DNA of 64,000 bases from Salpingoeca rosetta (Eukaryota; Protista; Choanoflagellata). The stretch lies in the NCBI GenBank assembly GCA_033442325.1, contig JAWQFM010000005.1:1071058-1135057 (forward strand), read 5' to 3'. How positions within the stretch are numbered: position 1 is the first letter of the stretch; each line of letters starts with the position of its first letter. The notes beneath the pieces are model-generated. The model was not told where the DNA came from and did no database searches. It saw only the letters and a list, made by a program, of their open reading frames with translations. Below are positions 17,598 through 57,917 of this stretch, piece after piece. Position numbers and translations under genes: made by a program.

Positions 17598-19105
17598 TCA
17601 ATCGTCGTCACCCTGGTTGCAGCAGTTGAGAAAGGAACAACAAGAAGAGCCGCCACCGCGTGCGCGCTTTCGTCTGCGCTTCTCAGCTTTCTTCCACTCT
17701 TGAAACGCAGAGAAGAGGAGCCGCGCGTGTGCTGGGCGGACGCCGTCGGACTGGAGCAGCTCCATCGTCAGGTCACCGCTGTCAATCATCACTTGAAGCG
17801 TCTCGAAGCTGTGTGCGCCAATCGAGAGCAGGGCGTCCTTCACGTGGTCCAGCAAGCCTGTCTCCTGCAGCCAAATCTCAAAGGCCGTGTCCAACTGCAG
17901 CATGTCCTACAGTGTGTGTGTGTGTGTGTGTGTGCGTGTGCGTGTGCGTGTGCGTGTGCGTGTGTGTTATTGTGTGCGTAATTGTGCGTGTGTGTTCGCG
18001 CGTTCGTACGTGTGTGTGTGTGCAGGATCAGCTACACAAGGAGTCTCTCAAACTGCTCCATCGATCCCATGCTGTAAGCAACTCATCGGTCCACATTGAA
18101 TGCGCTCAAACCCCCAACGAAACAAACTACGGCTCACCTCAGCGCCATGTTGGCGCAGTAGTTCCACGATTTCATCCCGTTCATTCTGCTGCGCCACATA
18201 CATGGGCGTCCATCCCTGTGGCCAAGTCAGCAAGGTATGCACGTGTATATGTGTGCGTGTAAGCGTATTGTGTTGCCATCAACATCGTGTGATCGTGAGC
18301 AACCAATGCACCACCTCTGTATGCGCAATGCGCGCGCGCGTGTGTGTGTGTGTGTTTTCCCATGGGCATGCGGTGTCCCGGAACTTGCAGTGCAAACCAG
18401 CCAAGCAGACTGAAAAGCAACGTGCTGATGTGCGGACTGACCCCGTGATCCCTGGCGTTGATGAGTGCACCGTGTCGCAACAGCGCCTTGACAACACCAG
18501 CGGCACCCTCCAAGCAGGCAAAGTGCAATGGTGTCCATCCCTGACGCACCAACCAAAGAAGCATCACATTCTCAGCGCGGTGAGTGAGGTAGCCCTTGAT
18601 CATGCAGCTCGCAAATGTGACATGCACACTTCAAGCATACGGGTCAGATACGCACATTTGCGTCGCGGCAGTTTACGTTTGCACCGTGCTCAACCAGGAG
18701 CTGCACTGACATGTCACTGCCATGTACGCTGGCAGTGTGGAGTGCCGTCCATCCCTTGGCATGCAATGATAAGTACGTGTACATGTGTGTATGGGTGAGT
18801 AAGTGTGAGAGTGTGGGGCGGTGCGTACGAGGAGGAAAGGGACAGGCAGACAGCAACAGGCAGCGAGAGAGAGAGAGTGTGTGTGTGTGTGTGTGATTCT
18901 TTTGTGTGTGTGTGTGTGTGACAGACATGAATGGTTGTGTGAATCTTGTTTCCCAAATCTTACAGCATCATTCTTGGCATGCACATCAGCTGCGTAGCTC
19001 AGCAGCACGCGCACCGCCTTGTGTGAGTTGTACTGGCTCGCATCATGCAGTGGCGTGTCGCCCTAAAAACAAGCACAGATGTGAGTAGTGCACCCAACGC
19101 ATGTT

Positions 19106-19136
<31 letters not shown>

Positions 19137-19628
19137 TCGTGTGATCTTGTGTGCACGTGCGAGCGGAGAAGACTAGGGTGCACATGCTGGGTGACAGTGT
19201 TCCAGCGTTCCATTAAGTCTACATACATGGGTGGTCGCATGTGCAATTAATTGGGTTCATTCACAGTCGCACATTCGCAAACTCATGCTTGACCAATCTC
19301 TCGAGACTTGTGCACAGTGCGAACGTCCACGCACCGTTGGATCCCTCCCGTTGACGTCTGCTTTGAAATCAATCAGCCGCCTCACAATCTCGCTGTGGTT
19401 GTAGCGGGCTGCAATATGCAGCGGCATCTTGCCCTGTTTCGCAAACAGAGCCAAGAAGAGGCATCCGGCGAATGAAATGGGAGGGGGGTGCAACCTTGTC
19501 AAATTCCAAGCTCGAGTCATTGCCTGCACTTCACAGTGACTAGCAGTGTGCATGACACGAGCACACAACGGGGGGGGGGGGTAAAGGAGTACGAGTAGAC
19601 GTTACGACGGTACCCCCCCACCGAACCC

Positions 19629-19703
<75 letters not shown>

Positions 19704-20989
19704 CTTCCACAAACACGCCCTTAAATATTCGCACACCTGCACACATTCGCTCTTGCGCACCTCTGTGTTGGCTTCATTCGGGTTAATCCTGTGCTTGAGC
19801 TGGGATAACGCGGCCTTCAGGTCGCCTTCTTCGCAGGCAATGTGTAGAGACTATCGTTGCACAAGGTGGCCCAATGGCAAGGTATGACGGCAATGTGCAG
19901 TGTGAGCACGGCAGGAAGACTGGGCCACACCAAGCGCTGGGAACAGATGCTGACGCTGGGGCGGAGGCAAGCACTAGGAGCCCAGGCTGCCTCACCCAAC
20001 AGGTGCACCCAACTCACATGAAAGGATCGAGGCTGGCTGAGGAGGTAGATGACGTCGCAGCGGTTCGCTTTTCTCGCACGATCCAGTGCCGTATTTCCCT
20101 TTGGTGTAGAAGGCGAGCGATTTCATTGGGTTTTAGCACAGTATGAAGGTGCATCGCTACACCAAATGACGACTGCGATGTGGGCCACACAATCCATATT
20201 CACATTCAGCAAACATCCCCCACAAACTCACGTCTCGGTCTTTGATGGCCGGGTCGGCTTCATGCTGGAGAAGGAAACGAACAATGTCGCCGAAGCCCTT
20301 GAAACTCGCGTCGTGCAAGGCTGTCCCGCCCTGTTTGAGTGGGCGCGTGCACAAGCGTGGTGTGAATGGATTGGGAAGGAATGCCAGAGGAACAGGGGGC
20401 GGGGGATGGGCCACCTGTGTTCCCAATCACACTTTGTGACTCACGTAATTGTCGCGGTGATTCACGTCTGCGCCATGATCCAGAAGGATCTTCACCAGGT
20501 TGAGGTGTCCATTCCAACATGCATAATGCAATGGCGTGCTTCCCTATGAACGGAACAGTGGTATGTACATATCGCGCGTGTTTGCGTGTGCGTTTGTGTG
20601 TTTGTGCGTGTTTTGTGTGTTTTGTGTGTGTGTGTGTGTGTGTGTGTTTTGTGTGTGTGTGTGTTTGTGCGTGCGTGCGTGCGTGTGTGTGTGTGTGCGT
20701 TTGAAGCATGAGAAGGTGGTGTAGCCGTTGGGTGATCGACAGCAGCGAATACAAGCAATACCGCACATGAACATTCGAAAAAAGAGTAGCATTTACAATC
20801 TGGCGTGTGTGCAACACACAGGCACAGAACACGAGATGGAAGGCCGAAGGCCATGCCACTCACGGTCTCATTTGCAGAGTCGACGAGAGCTTCCTTGTCA
20901 AGTAGCAATGCAACGATGGGCTCGCTTCCCACCACACACGCATGATGCAGCGGTAGGTAGCCCTGCCATTGTCGTGTGTGGTGTGTGTG

Positions 20990-21029
<40 letters not shown>

Positions 21030-21259
21030 TGTGTGTGTGTGTGAGTGTTGCAATGCTGCACATTTGAACCATTGGGAACATGATGACTGCGCGACTGCGT
21101 GACACACCGAGCGTCTGCTCAAACCAAGCAGTGCTAAAGGATATGGAGACTCACGTAGGCGTCACGCCGGTTGACGTTGGCGTGTTTGGAAATTAACTTC
21201 TCCGCCGCCTTGACGTTCCCATCCCGACATGCCCTGTGCAGCGGGGCAAGCGCTTGCAT
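17598..21259 (-). CDS. Ankyrin-repeat protein (about 11 repeats or half-repeats) with C-terminal SAM-like domain and polybasic/Cys-rich tail; 12 exons
   Basis: Exons 21259-21155, 20962-20864, 20543-20445, 20330-20232, 20098-20018, 19850-19761, 19433-19335, 19062-18964, 18754-18656, 18540-18442, 18215-18138 and 17906-17598, all phase 0. Repeats such as [31 protein letters not shown] and [31 protein letters not shown]. Last exon [22 protein letters not shown]...[15 protein letters not shown] resembles a SAM domain (less certain). Confidence 0.9.
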
Positions 21260-21687
21260 GTGTATGCGTGTGCTTTGTGCTGTGTGTGTCTATGTGTAGT
21301 GTACTGTGTGTGTGTGTGTCTTTGTTGTCTGTGTTTGTGTTCTGTTGTGGAATTTGAGTTTAGCGGCAGGAAAATTGGCTCTCTTGTTGGCTTTGGACTG
21401 CTGCTCTTCCTTCTATGCTGACGACATGATGTCCGACTCAGCACTTTCAGCACTTTCCCTCACGTTTTTGGGTTGTAGGCGCTGCTGCAGTGTTGAGACT
21501 GTGAGAGCAAACAAGAGCAAAGCCCCACAGTGCCGAAAATTGAACACAGCACTTCAACTTTTCGCAAACGAACCCGACCAGCCACCGCCGCCGCACCGCA
21601 CAAAATAACGGCAAAGAAGCAACAACAAATCCCCAACGACTACCACCAATCAAGCAAGCAAGCATCGCCTCAACAACACACGTCGCC
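21260..21687. promoter_or_regulatory. Short divergent intergenic region, probable bidirectional promoter
   Basis: About 430 bp between the inferred ATGs of the minus-strand ankyrin gene and the plus-strand coiled-coil gene. No specific elements identified. Confidence 0.4.
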
Positions 21688-22522
21688 ATGGACTCGTCCT
21701 CACCCGCACGCGAAGGAATGGTACGGCGTGCTTCATGCAGGAACTCGATGTGCACTGGATGGGGTAGAAGAACCTTCTTGCGTGCGCTGAAATCTCTCCC
21801 TGCTTCGTTGGCTCAAACCTCACGATCGATGTGTGTATGTTGTTTTGGTGGGCTGGTTTGTTGTTTGTCTTGATGTTGATCGACTGGTTGGTGACGTGCA
21901 CACATGGCATGACACCGGCAGGTCAAGGTTGTCACCTCCAGTCAGCGCCAGCAGGCCATGAGCGAACTTCAAGGCGTGAGTGCCTTCTTTTCTCTTTGGT
22001 TGATTGAGCGTTGACTCTGCGGTCGTCAAATCTGCACCGCTCAGCACCTGCTCACTTGCTTGTGCACTGTGTTGCTGTTGTGTAAGTTGTTGTGGCCACT
22101 CACGGTATCCTGCCTATGCTATTTGATTTGCTGCTGATCTCCTGGGGTGAATGCAGCTGGAATCCTCCTTGGCTGACGTGAGATCGTCCATCGCAGAGCA
22201 CTCCAAGATCCTCAAGGAGCTCCGCACAAAGGAAGAGCGGCTGCAAGAGGAGATCTTCCAGTGCAAGCAGCGCGTAAGTCTCCTTTTGACACGCCAATCC
22301 GTACACAGCTTGCACCAGGGTCATTCAACCTATCCTGCATTTCTCGTGCGATGTCCTTTCTGTCATTGCCACACACACACACACACACACACCCGCATAC
22401 ACGTGCACGCATGTATCCACGCGCACATGCACACGCACATACATACACGTGCACGCATGTATCCACGCGCACATGCACACGCACATACACACACGTGCAC
22501 GCACGTATCCACGCGCACACAC

Positions 22523-22575
<53 letters not shown>

Positions 22576-23268
22576 CGTTATTGACACACACTTTTGCATT
22601 GATGTATCAAAGTGTTCACCCTACGCATGTTCGATTGCACCCCCCCCCCCCGTTGTAACAGTACTCGATTGCCCAAGACCACGTGTTCCGCAGCAAAGTT
22701 GCCCAGCTTGAGGTAGGTGGGTGTGCATTTGTGGCTTCACAAGCTGCTCTTTGTCGTGTAGCTGATCATTCGCCGCCGACACATCGGTTTAGGTGCAAGG
22801 TGCCCGTCACAAGGACATACTGCCCTGATGCTAGATGCATAACCGCTCACATCTGTGTTGCCCGTGCGTGTGCCGTGTTGTCTCTTCAACGAAACCAAAC
22901 GAAACCTTACCACACACCCTGCAGTCGGCGCTGGAGAAGCAAGACCTCAGCATTCGCGAGCTGCAGGCGGCATACGAGCGGGCTGTGGCCGAGCGCATGA
23001 AGATCGAGGACGAGTTCAAGCAGGTGCGATTGTGTGCTGTAATGAGCGCTGTTGTGTGCTAGTGTGGTTGCGGTGTGCGTCATATGATTGTGTGCATGTG
23101 ACACTGTTCACCATCGTCTTTCACACACGCCGTTCTTCTGTATGCTGCTCCCGCGGTGGGATCACAGGTGATCAAGCTTGCCTCTGGCCCAGAAGCTCTC
23201 AAGAAGCAGGTATGCGCATGAGGCGTGCTCACCTTCACACAACGCCGTGCGCATTTGTACATGCACAG

Positions 23269-23318
<50 letters not shown>

Positions 23319-23344
23319 TTATACAGTACCCCCACCCACCCACA

Positions 23345-23412
<68 letters not shown>

Positions 23413-23900
23413 GCACGCACGCACGCGCACACACACATCACACATACACAATCACGTGCACTCACATATTTTCACACCTCACCTCACCACACCCATTCCT
23501 CAACCCACCAACCTGTTTCTACCTGCGCCGTGTGCGTTACCAGCAAACCGGCGAGGCCGCAGTTGCGACGCGGTATGAGCTGACTGCATCCCAGGCCGTT
23601 CGCTCCGGTCGGAGCCAAGATCCGCTCGCACAGGACCCCGTGCCCACCGTCAACCGCTTCAAGCACATCCACGAGACACAGACGGGCCAGCCCTCGCGCC
23701 GGTACGCGTCCACCATCAACGATCTCGGAAAGAGCGCGCCCTCCCCGTTTGTGCACGACGAGGAATACAAGGTTGTTGGCAAGCGCCCTGAAGGTCCACG
23801 TGACTTGGGATCGGCGCGCTTCTCGGACTGGCGTCGTCCTGGCTCGCGTGCACAGCAGCCACCCGGCGGCCGCTCCCAGATGAGCAACATCCTCGGCTGA
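21688..23900 (+). CDS. Small (~240 aa) coiled-coil protein with disordered C-terminus ending in a PPGG motif; 7 exons
   Basis: gccATGg at 21688. Phase-0 exons 21688-21720, 21946-21975, 22157-22273, 22662-22712, 22925-23023, 23168-23209 and 23544-23900 join into [53 protein letters not shown]...[17 protein letters not shown]-stop. Confidence 0.75.
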
Positions 23901-24661
23901 GGCCTGCTGCCATGACATCATGGTGCATGTTTTGTCTTGTGTTCGTACTTGTGTGTGTGTGTATGTGTGTGTGTGTGTGTGTGCGTATTTGTGTGTGCAT
24001 TGGCGTTGTGTAAGATGAACATGAGTGTGTGTGCGTGTGCATTGGTGTTGTGTAAGATGAACGTGTGTGTGTGTGTGGATGTGTGGATGAGTATGTGAGT
24101 CACTTGTTTGCATTCTTTGCGTGTGTAATGTGTGACTGCCAGGGATTGTGTTCACGCTGTGTCTGTCAGAAAAAGCCCTCGGCTTGTGTGTTGGTTCTTG
24201 CCTCTTGTTGTTCGTCTTTCGTCAATGCGTTTTGGTTGCTTCGAGCTGCTTCTGTATTTCATTGTGGTGTTGCCTTTAGTGGCCCCGTTGTGTTGTTGGC
24301 ACCCGTGACACACCTGCTACCCGATTGTGTCGCTGTTGTCGTGGGCCGCCACGCGGCTTTTGCGATGCCTTGTTTGCTGCTGTTTGTTTGTTTGTTTCTC
24401 GTGCGGCTGCATTGTGTTCATCATTACTTTGCTCTTGAGCTCCCGTTGGATAAGGAAGCACACCGTTTTTTGTTTTTTCCTCTGTTGCACGGGCTCAGTA
24501 TTGTTGCTGTTGTTGTTCCTCGCTACCGCTCACGGTACTCAGCCTTCACGTCAAATTACGGCCTCTGTTCTGGGCACGTGTGCATGTTCCGAGCAATGAA
24601 GACCCTTCTGATGACACCTGTGTACGCAGAGCAACCCCGTGTCTGCAAACACTATCATGAC

Positions 24662-24707
<46 letters not shown>

Positions 24708-25417
24708 GAAGCAGGAGAAATCCGTTTATGTTGTGTTGATACGATGCAATGTGACAACACGGTATGGTGCGAACAAGCAGTAGCAAACAACGTGCGTACT
24801 TGCTTAACACACAAGTCAGTCCCTAACATGGCTTCTTCAACATGCGGCCAAGCAGTGCACAATAGCGGGTATGAACAGAGCAGGCTCACAGTCATGTACG
24901 TGCATTCAGTGATAATTGAAACCAAGAAGCAACAAAAAAGCTCGAACATCGAACGTAGTGACAGAGGAGAAAAACGTGACGGTCCAATGGGCACGTTCGA
25001 GGCTTTGCACAAGTGGCAGCAGTGGGCGCGCTAATCGTGACAGTGCAACAACAAGGTAGGGATTGCCAGGGCGATCTGCTGAATCACGTGCACAGCACCA
25101 TCACGACCGCCACACAACACTGCAGCAACAAATCGCCAGAGAGACAAGAAACAGGAGCGCCCAGTGATCATAACAAAACAACACTCCTAGTGATGAAGGC
25201 GAGGTGTGGTCCCGAAGCTCTAAATGCCACAGCAATAAATACACAAACGTCTTCTTGTCCATCACTCTACACCATGCATGACACAGCCAAGACACACAGG
25301 TGTCTGTCTGCAAGCACTCCAAAAGAGACAGCACACACACTCTCTCAAAACACACGCACCCACACACTCTCTCAAAACACACACACTCACACAGCACATG
25401 CACGCCTCATTCACGCC

Positions 25418-25835
25418 TCATTCCGTGGGGATTGCATTGAGGCGCTGGCGCACTCGCTTGCTGAACCCACGACGAATCAAGTCGGGTTCCTGCACCAATT
25501 CAGCAACAACACAAGTGCGTGTCGGTGTGCAATGTATGTGAGAAAGTGTGCAAGTGCGGGTGCGTGTGTGTGAGAGTGTGTGCATTCAAAGAGAGTGCAA
25601 CTGGCCTTTAGAGTCGATGACATGGGCATGATTTGTGAGCATCACGTTACTGGTTGTGTCTGTGTTCACTTGGGCATGATGCAGCACAATACGTCGCTGT
25701 GTGCACTCACAAAGAGGATGGTGGAGATGAGATCGCCTCCAATGAGCCGGGTCAGCTCAGTTTGAATGCCACTGTCCACAAACAGCTGGCGTAGCAGATT
25801 GCCGCCTGCAATGTCACACACACATGCACACGCGC

Positions 25836-25867
<32 letters not shown>

Positions 25868-26575
25868 ACAAACACACAAACAAACATGCGCATACACACA
25901 CAAACAAACACACATGCACACACATGCACACAAAGATTAGCAGTCAATCACCCATTGACCTGGGGTACTGAGAACGCCTGCGACACTAACAAAGTGCTCG
26001 GCTGCAAACATCGTGTGCATTGCGACAACAGGACAACGACGCAAACCCACTTTCGGTTCGGACGAGTTGAAGTGTCATGCATGCCAGGTTCCGCGCCACA
26101 ATCAAGTGTGTTTTCGCTCTGTTCCACACGTCATGTCATCGTCCACCAGTGTTGAAACGCCCAAGTTAGAGCAGAGCAAAAGGCGTATGAAACAGTCAAC
26201 ACTGACAGCCGCTGGCATGTGTGTGTGATATGAACCCTTGATGTGGGTTTGTCTGGTTGCACACAACAGACTTCGAACAGGCGTGGCCCGTGCACTCACC
26301 GAATAACGTCGCCTTTAATCTCGGGGTATTTGTTCAGCAGCGTAGACAGCAGCTTTGTTGCTCCAGCCTGTATTCAGTTAAGTGCACAATACAAGAAAAG
26401 CGAATCGTTCGCATGCAAGCGCATGTGCGCGCGTGTGTGTTGTGACGGGGCGTGACAGTGCGTGTTAGAGACACAAACACGATCGACAATGCGTGTGGCA
26501 ATTGAAGAAGGGTGGTAGTGTACATTCTATTCACACACGCACCCTCATTTGTCAACACCCACACCCTCATTTGTC

Positions 26576-26608
<33 letters not shown>

Positions 26609-29600
26609 TGCTTGCAAAACGAACCGCTGTGTAGTCGAGGACATGCATGGTGTAGGAAGTGTCTGTACTGGCAGCGCCAACGGGCGTGCTATTGCTCACT
26701 CGCGTGCTACGACTGCTAGTGCCACTGCTTCCTCTTCTGTGTTCTGGTGTTGCGCGTGCGGATGGCGTTGTCGTTTGGCGGGCAGCAATCATCTCAACGA
26801 GTGACGTGACAAGCCGCTGTGATCAGCAGCAGAAGAAGAGAATACAGGTACAGACACGACACGTGCGTGTAGGCGTGTGCGTGAGTATGTCCTCATGTGA
26901 GTTCGCTCATGTGAGTGCATTTGTGTGCGTGAGTCAGTGCTTGAGCCGCCATTCTTGTGGGTGAGAATTCGTTGGTGTTACATATGCACCTCGATGGGCA
27001 CACGCGTCAGGGTGAACCACGAGCACGAAAACAACAACAATGGAGAAACAAATTACCGGCAGCATGGAGGGATGCTTCTTCAAGAGAACGAGAATGAGCT
27101 CTTGCCCTTCATATGGGAGTGAACAGGTTCGACAGAGAGGGAGACAGATATGAGCTGGAAAGAGAGTATGGGTGCCATCACGCAACCTACATGTATGTGT
27201 AACTGTAACTGAAACTGTAACTGCCTGTTGTTCACACACGCACACGCGAACGCACCTTCGCTTTGGACCTCCAGGTTGGTGCTGGACAGAATGACCAGAT
27301 AGGGGTCAAACTGCTCAATGAGCGGGGCGTTTGGTCTCTGCGCAATTCACAGTAGGGGAATCTGAGTGAGCTGGCATGATACGAAGTCACAAACCAAGCA
27401 TACAGAGGGTGTGGTTGCGTTGTTGTAAGACGCGTTGTCGCCCTGTGCACCAGGAACAAGCTTGAGCAAGTGATTTGCGCGCACACACAGCATCAACTTA
27501 CGTCCAGGAGGCAGCGGATTGCAAACACGAAGCAAGGTCGAAGCTCTGGCCCGTCGTCCACAAGATCGGTCGTGAGGTGACGCAGAATCGTGTCCATCAT
27601 GTCTTGGTCCACTGCAGGTTTCAGGGCGTGTGCAAGATGGCGTGAGGTGAGGAAGCAGGACAACAATGATGCGCCAGTGTCTGTACTCTCCACAACGGAC
27701 CTGCAATTGCACGGGGCCAACATGTAATTGCACATGTGCATATATGCACACGTGCACATACACACATATGCGCGTACATGATGTACGCACATGCACACAT
27801 GCACATACATGATGTACGCACATACACAAGCCATACAAGACACACAGTACGAAATAAACACGCACACGAAACACATACACACACGCGCGATACACGGCGC
27901 ACATCGCAGTACCTGATCCCATCTCCACGAGGAGGCGTTTGCCTTCTTCAAGAGCGCTGGGCGAGATGGTGCGATACATAGTGTTGATGACGACACCAAT
28001 GCCTGATGTGACAATGCAGCAAGAGCGGTAACAGCAGGGCACAGGTTGTAGTGAGTCATGTGTGACAAGTGTATGCTGCGGGGGGGGGGGGAGGGAGGAG
28101 GGTAACCGATCATGCACCAGTGCCGCGCCTGGGATGGGCTCGAGTCAAGAACGTACTTGGCGACTTCTTGATCACGTTCTGAAAATGCGGCCCGGAGCCC
28201 ACGATACAGCGCAGCAAGCGCAGCACTTGGGCATGGGCGTGCTGTGTGGGGTTGTGGGCACACGTGGGTTGCAGAAGTGACGGTACGTGCGACGTCGGGG
28301 ACATACATACATGAGCATAGACACAACGCATGTAGACACAACGCATGTAGACACAACGCATAGACACACACACGAGACATGCAGACACAACGCACACTCA
28401 CACAGCATACACACACGTGCACACACACAGACACAGCGCACACTCACACAGCATACACACACTCACTGCTTGTGTTGGCGACTGCAGCATGTCCAGCAAC
28501 ACAAGGTGACCTCCAACTTCGATAAACTCCAGCACATACTTGTGGCTGTGTCGTCAACACATGCGCAGCACGATATCCGTAAGATGGGCTGACGTACAAC
28601 ATCAACACCACTGTCAAGGACTACATCACTCACGAAGCAACACAGTGTAACATACCCGCCAGTGGCTGTTAAGAACGCAGCCAGAGCCCTCAGCTGCGAT
28701 CTCGCACAACTCTTGGGATGGCTGTACCTGAGCGTGTGTACAGGAAAGCAAAAAACGTGAATGCGTTGGCAAGTGCACGTGAGAGGACGTTGTGCTCCTG
28801 GAGTCATAGTGCAGGGTGCTTACTGAGCGTAGGTCACTGGCGCCTTCGCTGGTGCTGGTGCTTGGTTATGACACATTTGCATATGTGTGTTTGTGTGCAG
28901 GCTGAGTTTTGGCCTGCTCGGCTTCTACTTACGTGAGACGAAACCAGGATGTAACGCGAGCGAAGAAGAGGCTGGCCGAACCAAAGAACTCGTGCTCCAG
29001 CTGCGTGGCAGAGTATCCTTGACAGCGTTCGTTGAAGGTGGCTAGAATCCGTGCTCGCTTTGCCCCATTTGCCTTATTGAACCAAATCATAACAACACAA
29101 GAGTGTCAGCACACGTGTACGCAACGTACAGACACAAAATATACACAGAGACACATCTTTGGCGCTGGTTACGGCGTGGCATGCTTGTGTGATGCACAAG
29201 ACATTCTCACCATGTCCCAAGCGCGGAGGCGCTGTTGCAGCAGGAACCCATCTCGTGCTGGTTTCTGCCACAGTTGAGGTCGTGCGTGTGTGAAACGGGC
29301 AGGAAGGGTCAATCAGGGCGTCCATATGTGTGTGTGTGTGTGTGCTTGTTGTACGCAGCACGCAGCAAGTAAGTCCGCACCAGCCCTCATCGCTCGTGCT
29401 TATTCAAATGCAACAACCTTGGTTGCACCGTGAAACACATGCAAATCAGCGAGGGTGTGTGTGCGTGTGTTGTGGATGCCGTGCATTACCTACCTGGAAC
29501 AGAGAGGGTCCGCTTCCGCCTTTTGGAGATCGGCTGGTGAGGAGCTGGGACTCTGAGCGGGCGCTTCGAATGCTGGCCGGGCTGCGGCAGCTGGAGAGGG

Positions 29601-29706
29601 AGAAGCTCCTTGATCTCCATCGCTGGGCTGGCCCGGAGGAGGATGTAGACCCGGTGGAATCAACAGAAAGACGTTCGAGCAATCGCGGGGAGAAGTGTCC
29701 ACTCAT
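25418..29706 (-). CDS. ARMH1: Armadillo-like helical domain-containing protein 1 (ARMH1/C1orf228) homologue with Ser-rich N-terminal extension
   Basis: Spliced segment LQQRLRAWDMANGAKRARILATFNERCQGYSATQLEHEFFGSASLFFARVTSWFRLTY, then YVLEFIEVGGHLVLLDML, VLRLLRCIVGSG, STNLEVQSE and QAGATKLL. These follow in order the recalled human ARMH1 segments LQEWDNAGKVARSHILDKF...[52 protein letters not shown] and QAAAAKAI. Start at 29706 and some central exons are approximate. Confidence 0.8.
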
Positions 29707-30270
29707 GGCTGCTCGTCGCTCCTGACATGCAGACTCAAGGAGAGGCCAGAAGGGCAGCCAGCCTTGGGGTGCGGGTCGGCGATGTTGGCGATGGCCGCTG
29801 CACCGGTTGACTCGGTCAGGCGGTGTTGGTATGTGGGTGCGGATGAGCTGCGGAATGTGAGACGTCCACTTGTCCTGTGGTCGTGGGATTGAGACTGGCG
29901 TGCTGTTGTTGTGTTTTCTTGGTGGGAGCAAGTTCACTCGTCACCAAGAGTGCCCGGCGAATAACAACAAATTGCTTTCTTCTGACACTTGCGTCTTCAT
30001 GATGTGTGTGTGATGTGTGTGACGCCACACAGTCATGAGGCGAGGCAAGCGGGTTCATGTATCCTGGCGTTGGAGCTCTCGGCGCAAGGTCGTGCCACCC
30101 CGCGCCGCTTGCACACGGATGACACCGCCATGCCTGACAATCCTTTGACGAAGTGCGCCCACACCACACAGAAAAATGGTGGAAGATGTTCAGGGCTTAA
30201 GGTTGGGGGGGGGGGGGGAGTGTCATCATTGCATGTCTCGCCAAATCAGGTCAAAAGAAGAAGGATGCTT

Positions 30271-47290
<17,020 letters not shown>

Positions 47291-47799
47291 CGTGTGCAAC
47301 CGCGGTGGAGTGTGTGTGTGTGTGGATGTGCGTGGATGTGTGGGATATTGTGCAGTTCGTGCACAGCAAAACCAGAGCAAACCAAAACAACTGGTTTCGA
47401 CAGCATAAAAAGTAGTAGCGAGCGCTGGAACTTCGGTTTTTTCGGTCGGCTGCCTTCTTCGCAACGCATCGGACTTAGCTGTGTCTGGGTGTGTGCCACA
47501 CGATGTGGAGGAGGAAGAACCGCTCGCATCACCCCAGCAGCAGTGATAAGGTTCGTGAATGATGCCTTGTGCACAACCTCACGCACGCTTGAGGAGAAGC
47601 GAGTGGGAAAAGGATGCCTGCCTGCTTGCTTGCTTCCTCCGGTTGTGGATGTTGTGTGTCTTGCACGACATCCTTGTTGTGTAAACGACGGTTCAGGTGT
47701 GCCTCACGCGTCTCCCCCCCCCCCACCCTCTTCCACGAACGTCACGTTTGCGATGCGCTGCGCGATGTGCTGCAGGGGAAAGATGGAGCGGCTCAATCA
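47291..47799. promoter_or_regulatory. Divergent intergenic region / probable bidirectional promoter of HEATR5 and the DAAM formin
   Basis: About 510 bp between the HEATR5 ATG (47290, minus) and the formin ATG (47800, plus); probably includes a 5'UTR intron of the formin. Confidence 0.45.

Positions 47800-57917
<10,118 letters not shown>

Noticed and set aside
23901-25417. ORFs of 130-224 aa between the PPGG gene and ARMH1, including a poly-Q/poly-T run
   Set aside because: No domain similarity or consistent exon chain; most likely convergent 3' UTR or intergenic DNA with a (CAA)n repeat.
29490-29880. Alternative frame with an in-frame TGA (possible selenocysteine or readthrough) upstream of ARMH1
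   Set aside because: A different, stop-free frame splices in phase to the conserved ARMH1 exons, and no SECIS evidence was seen.
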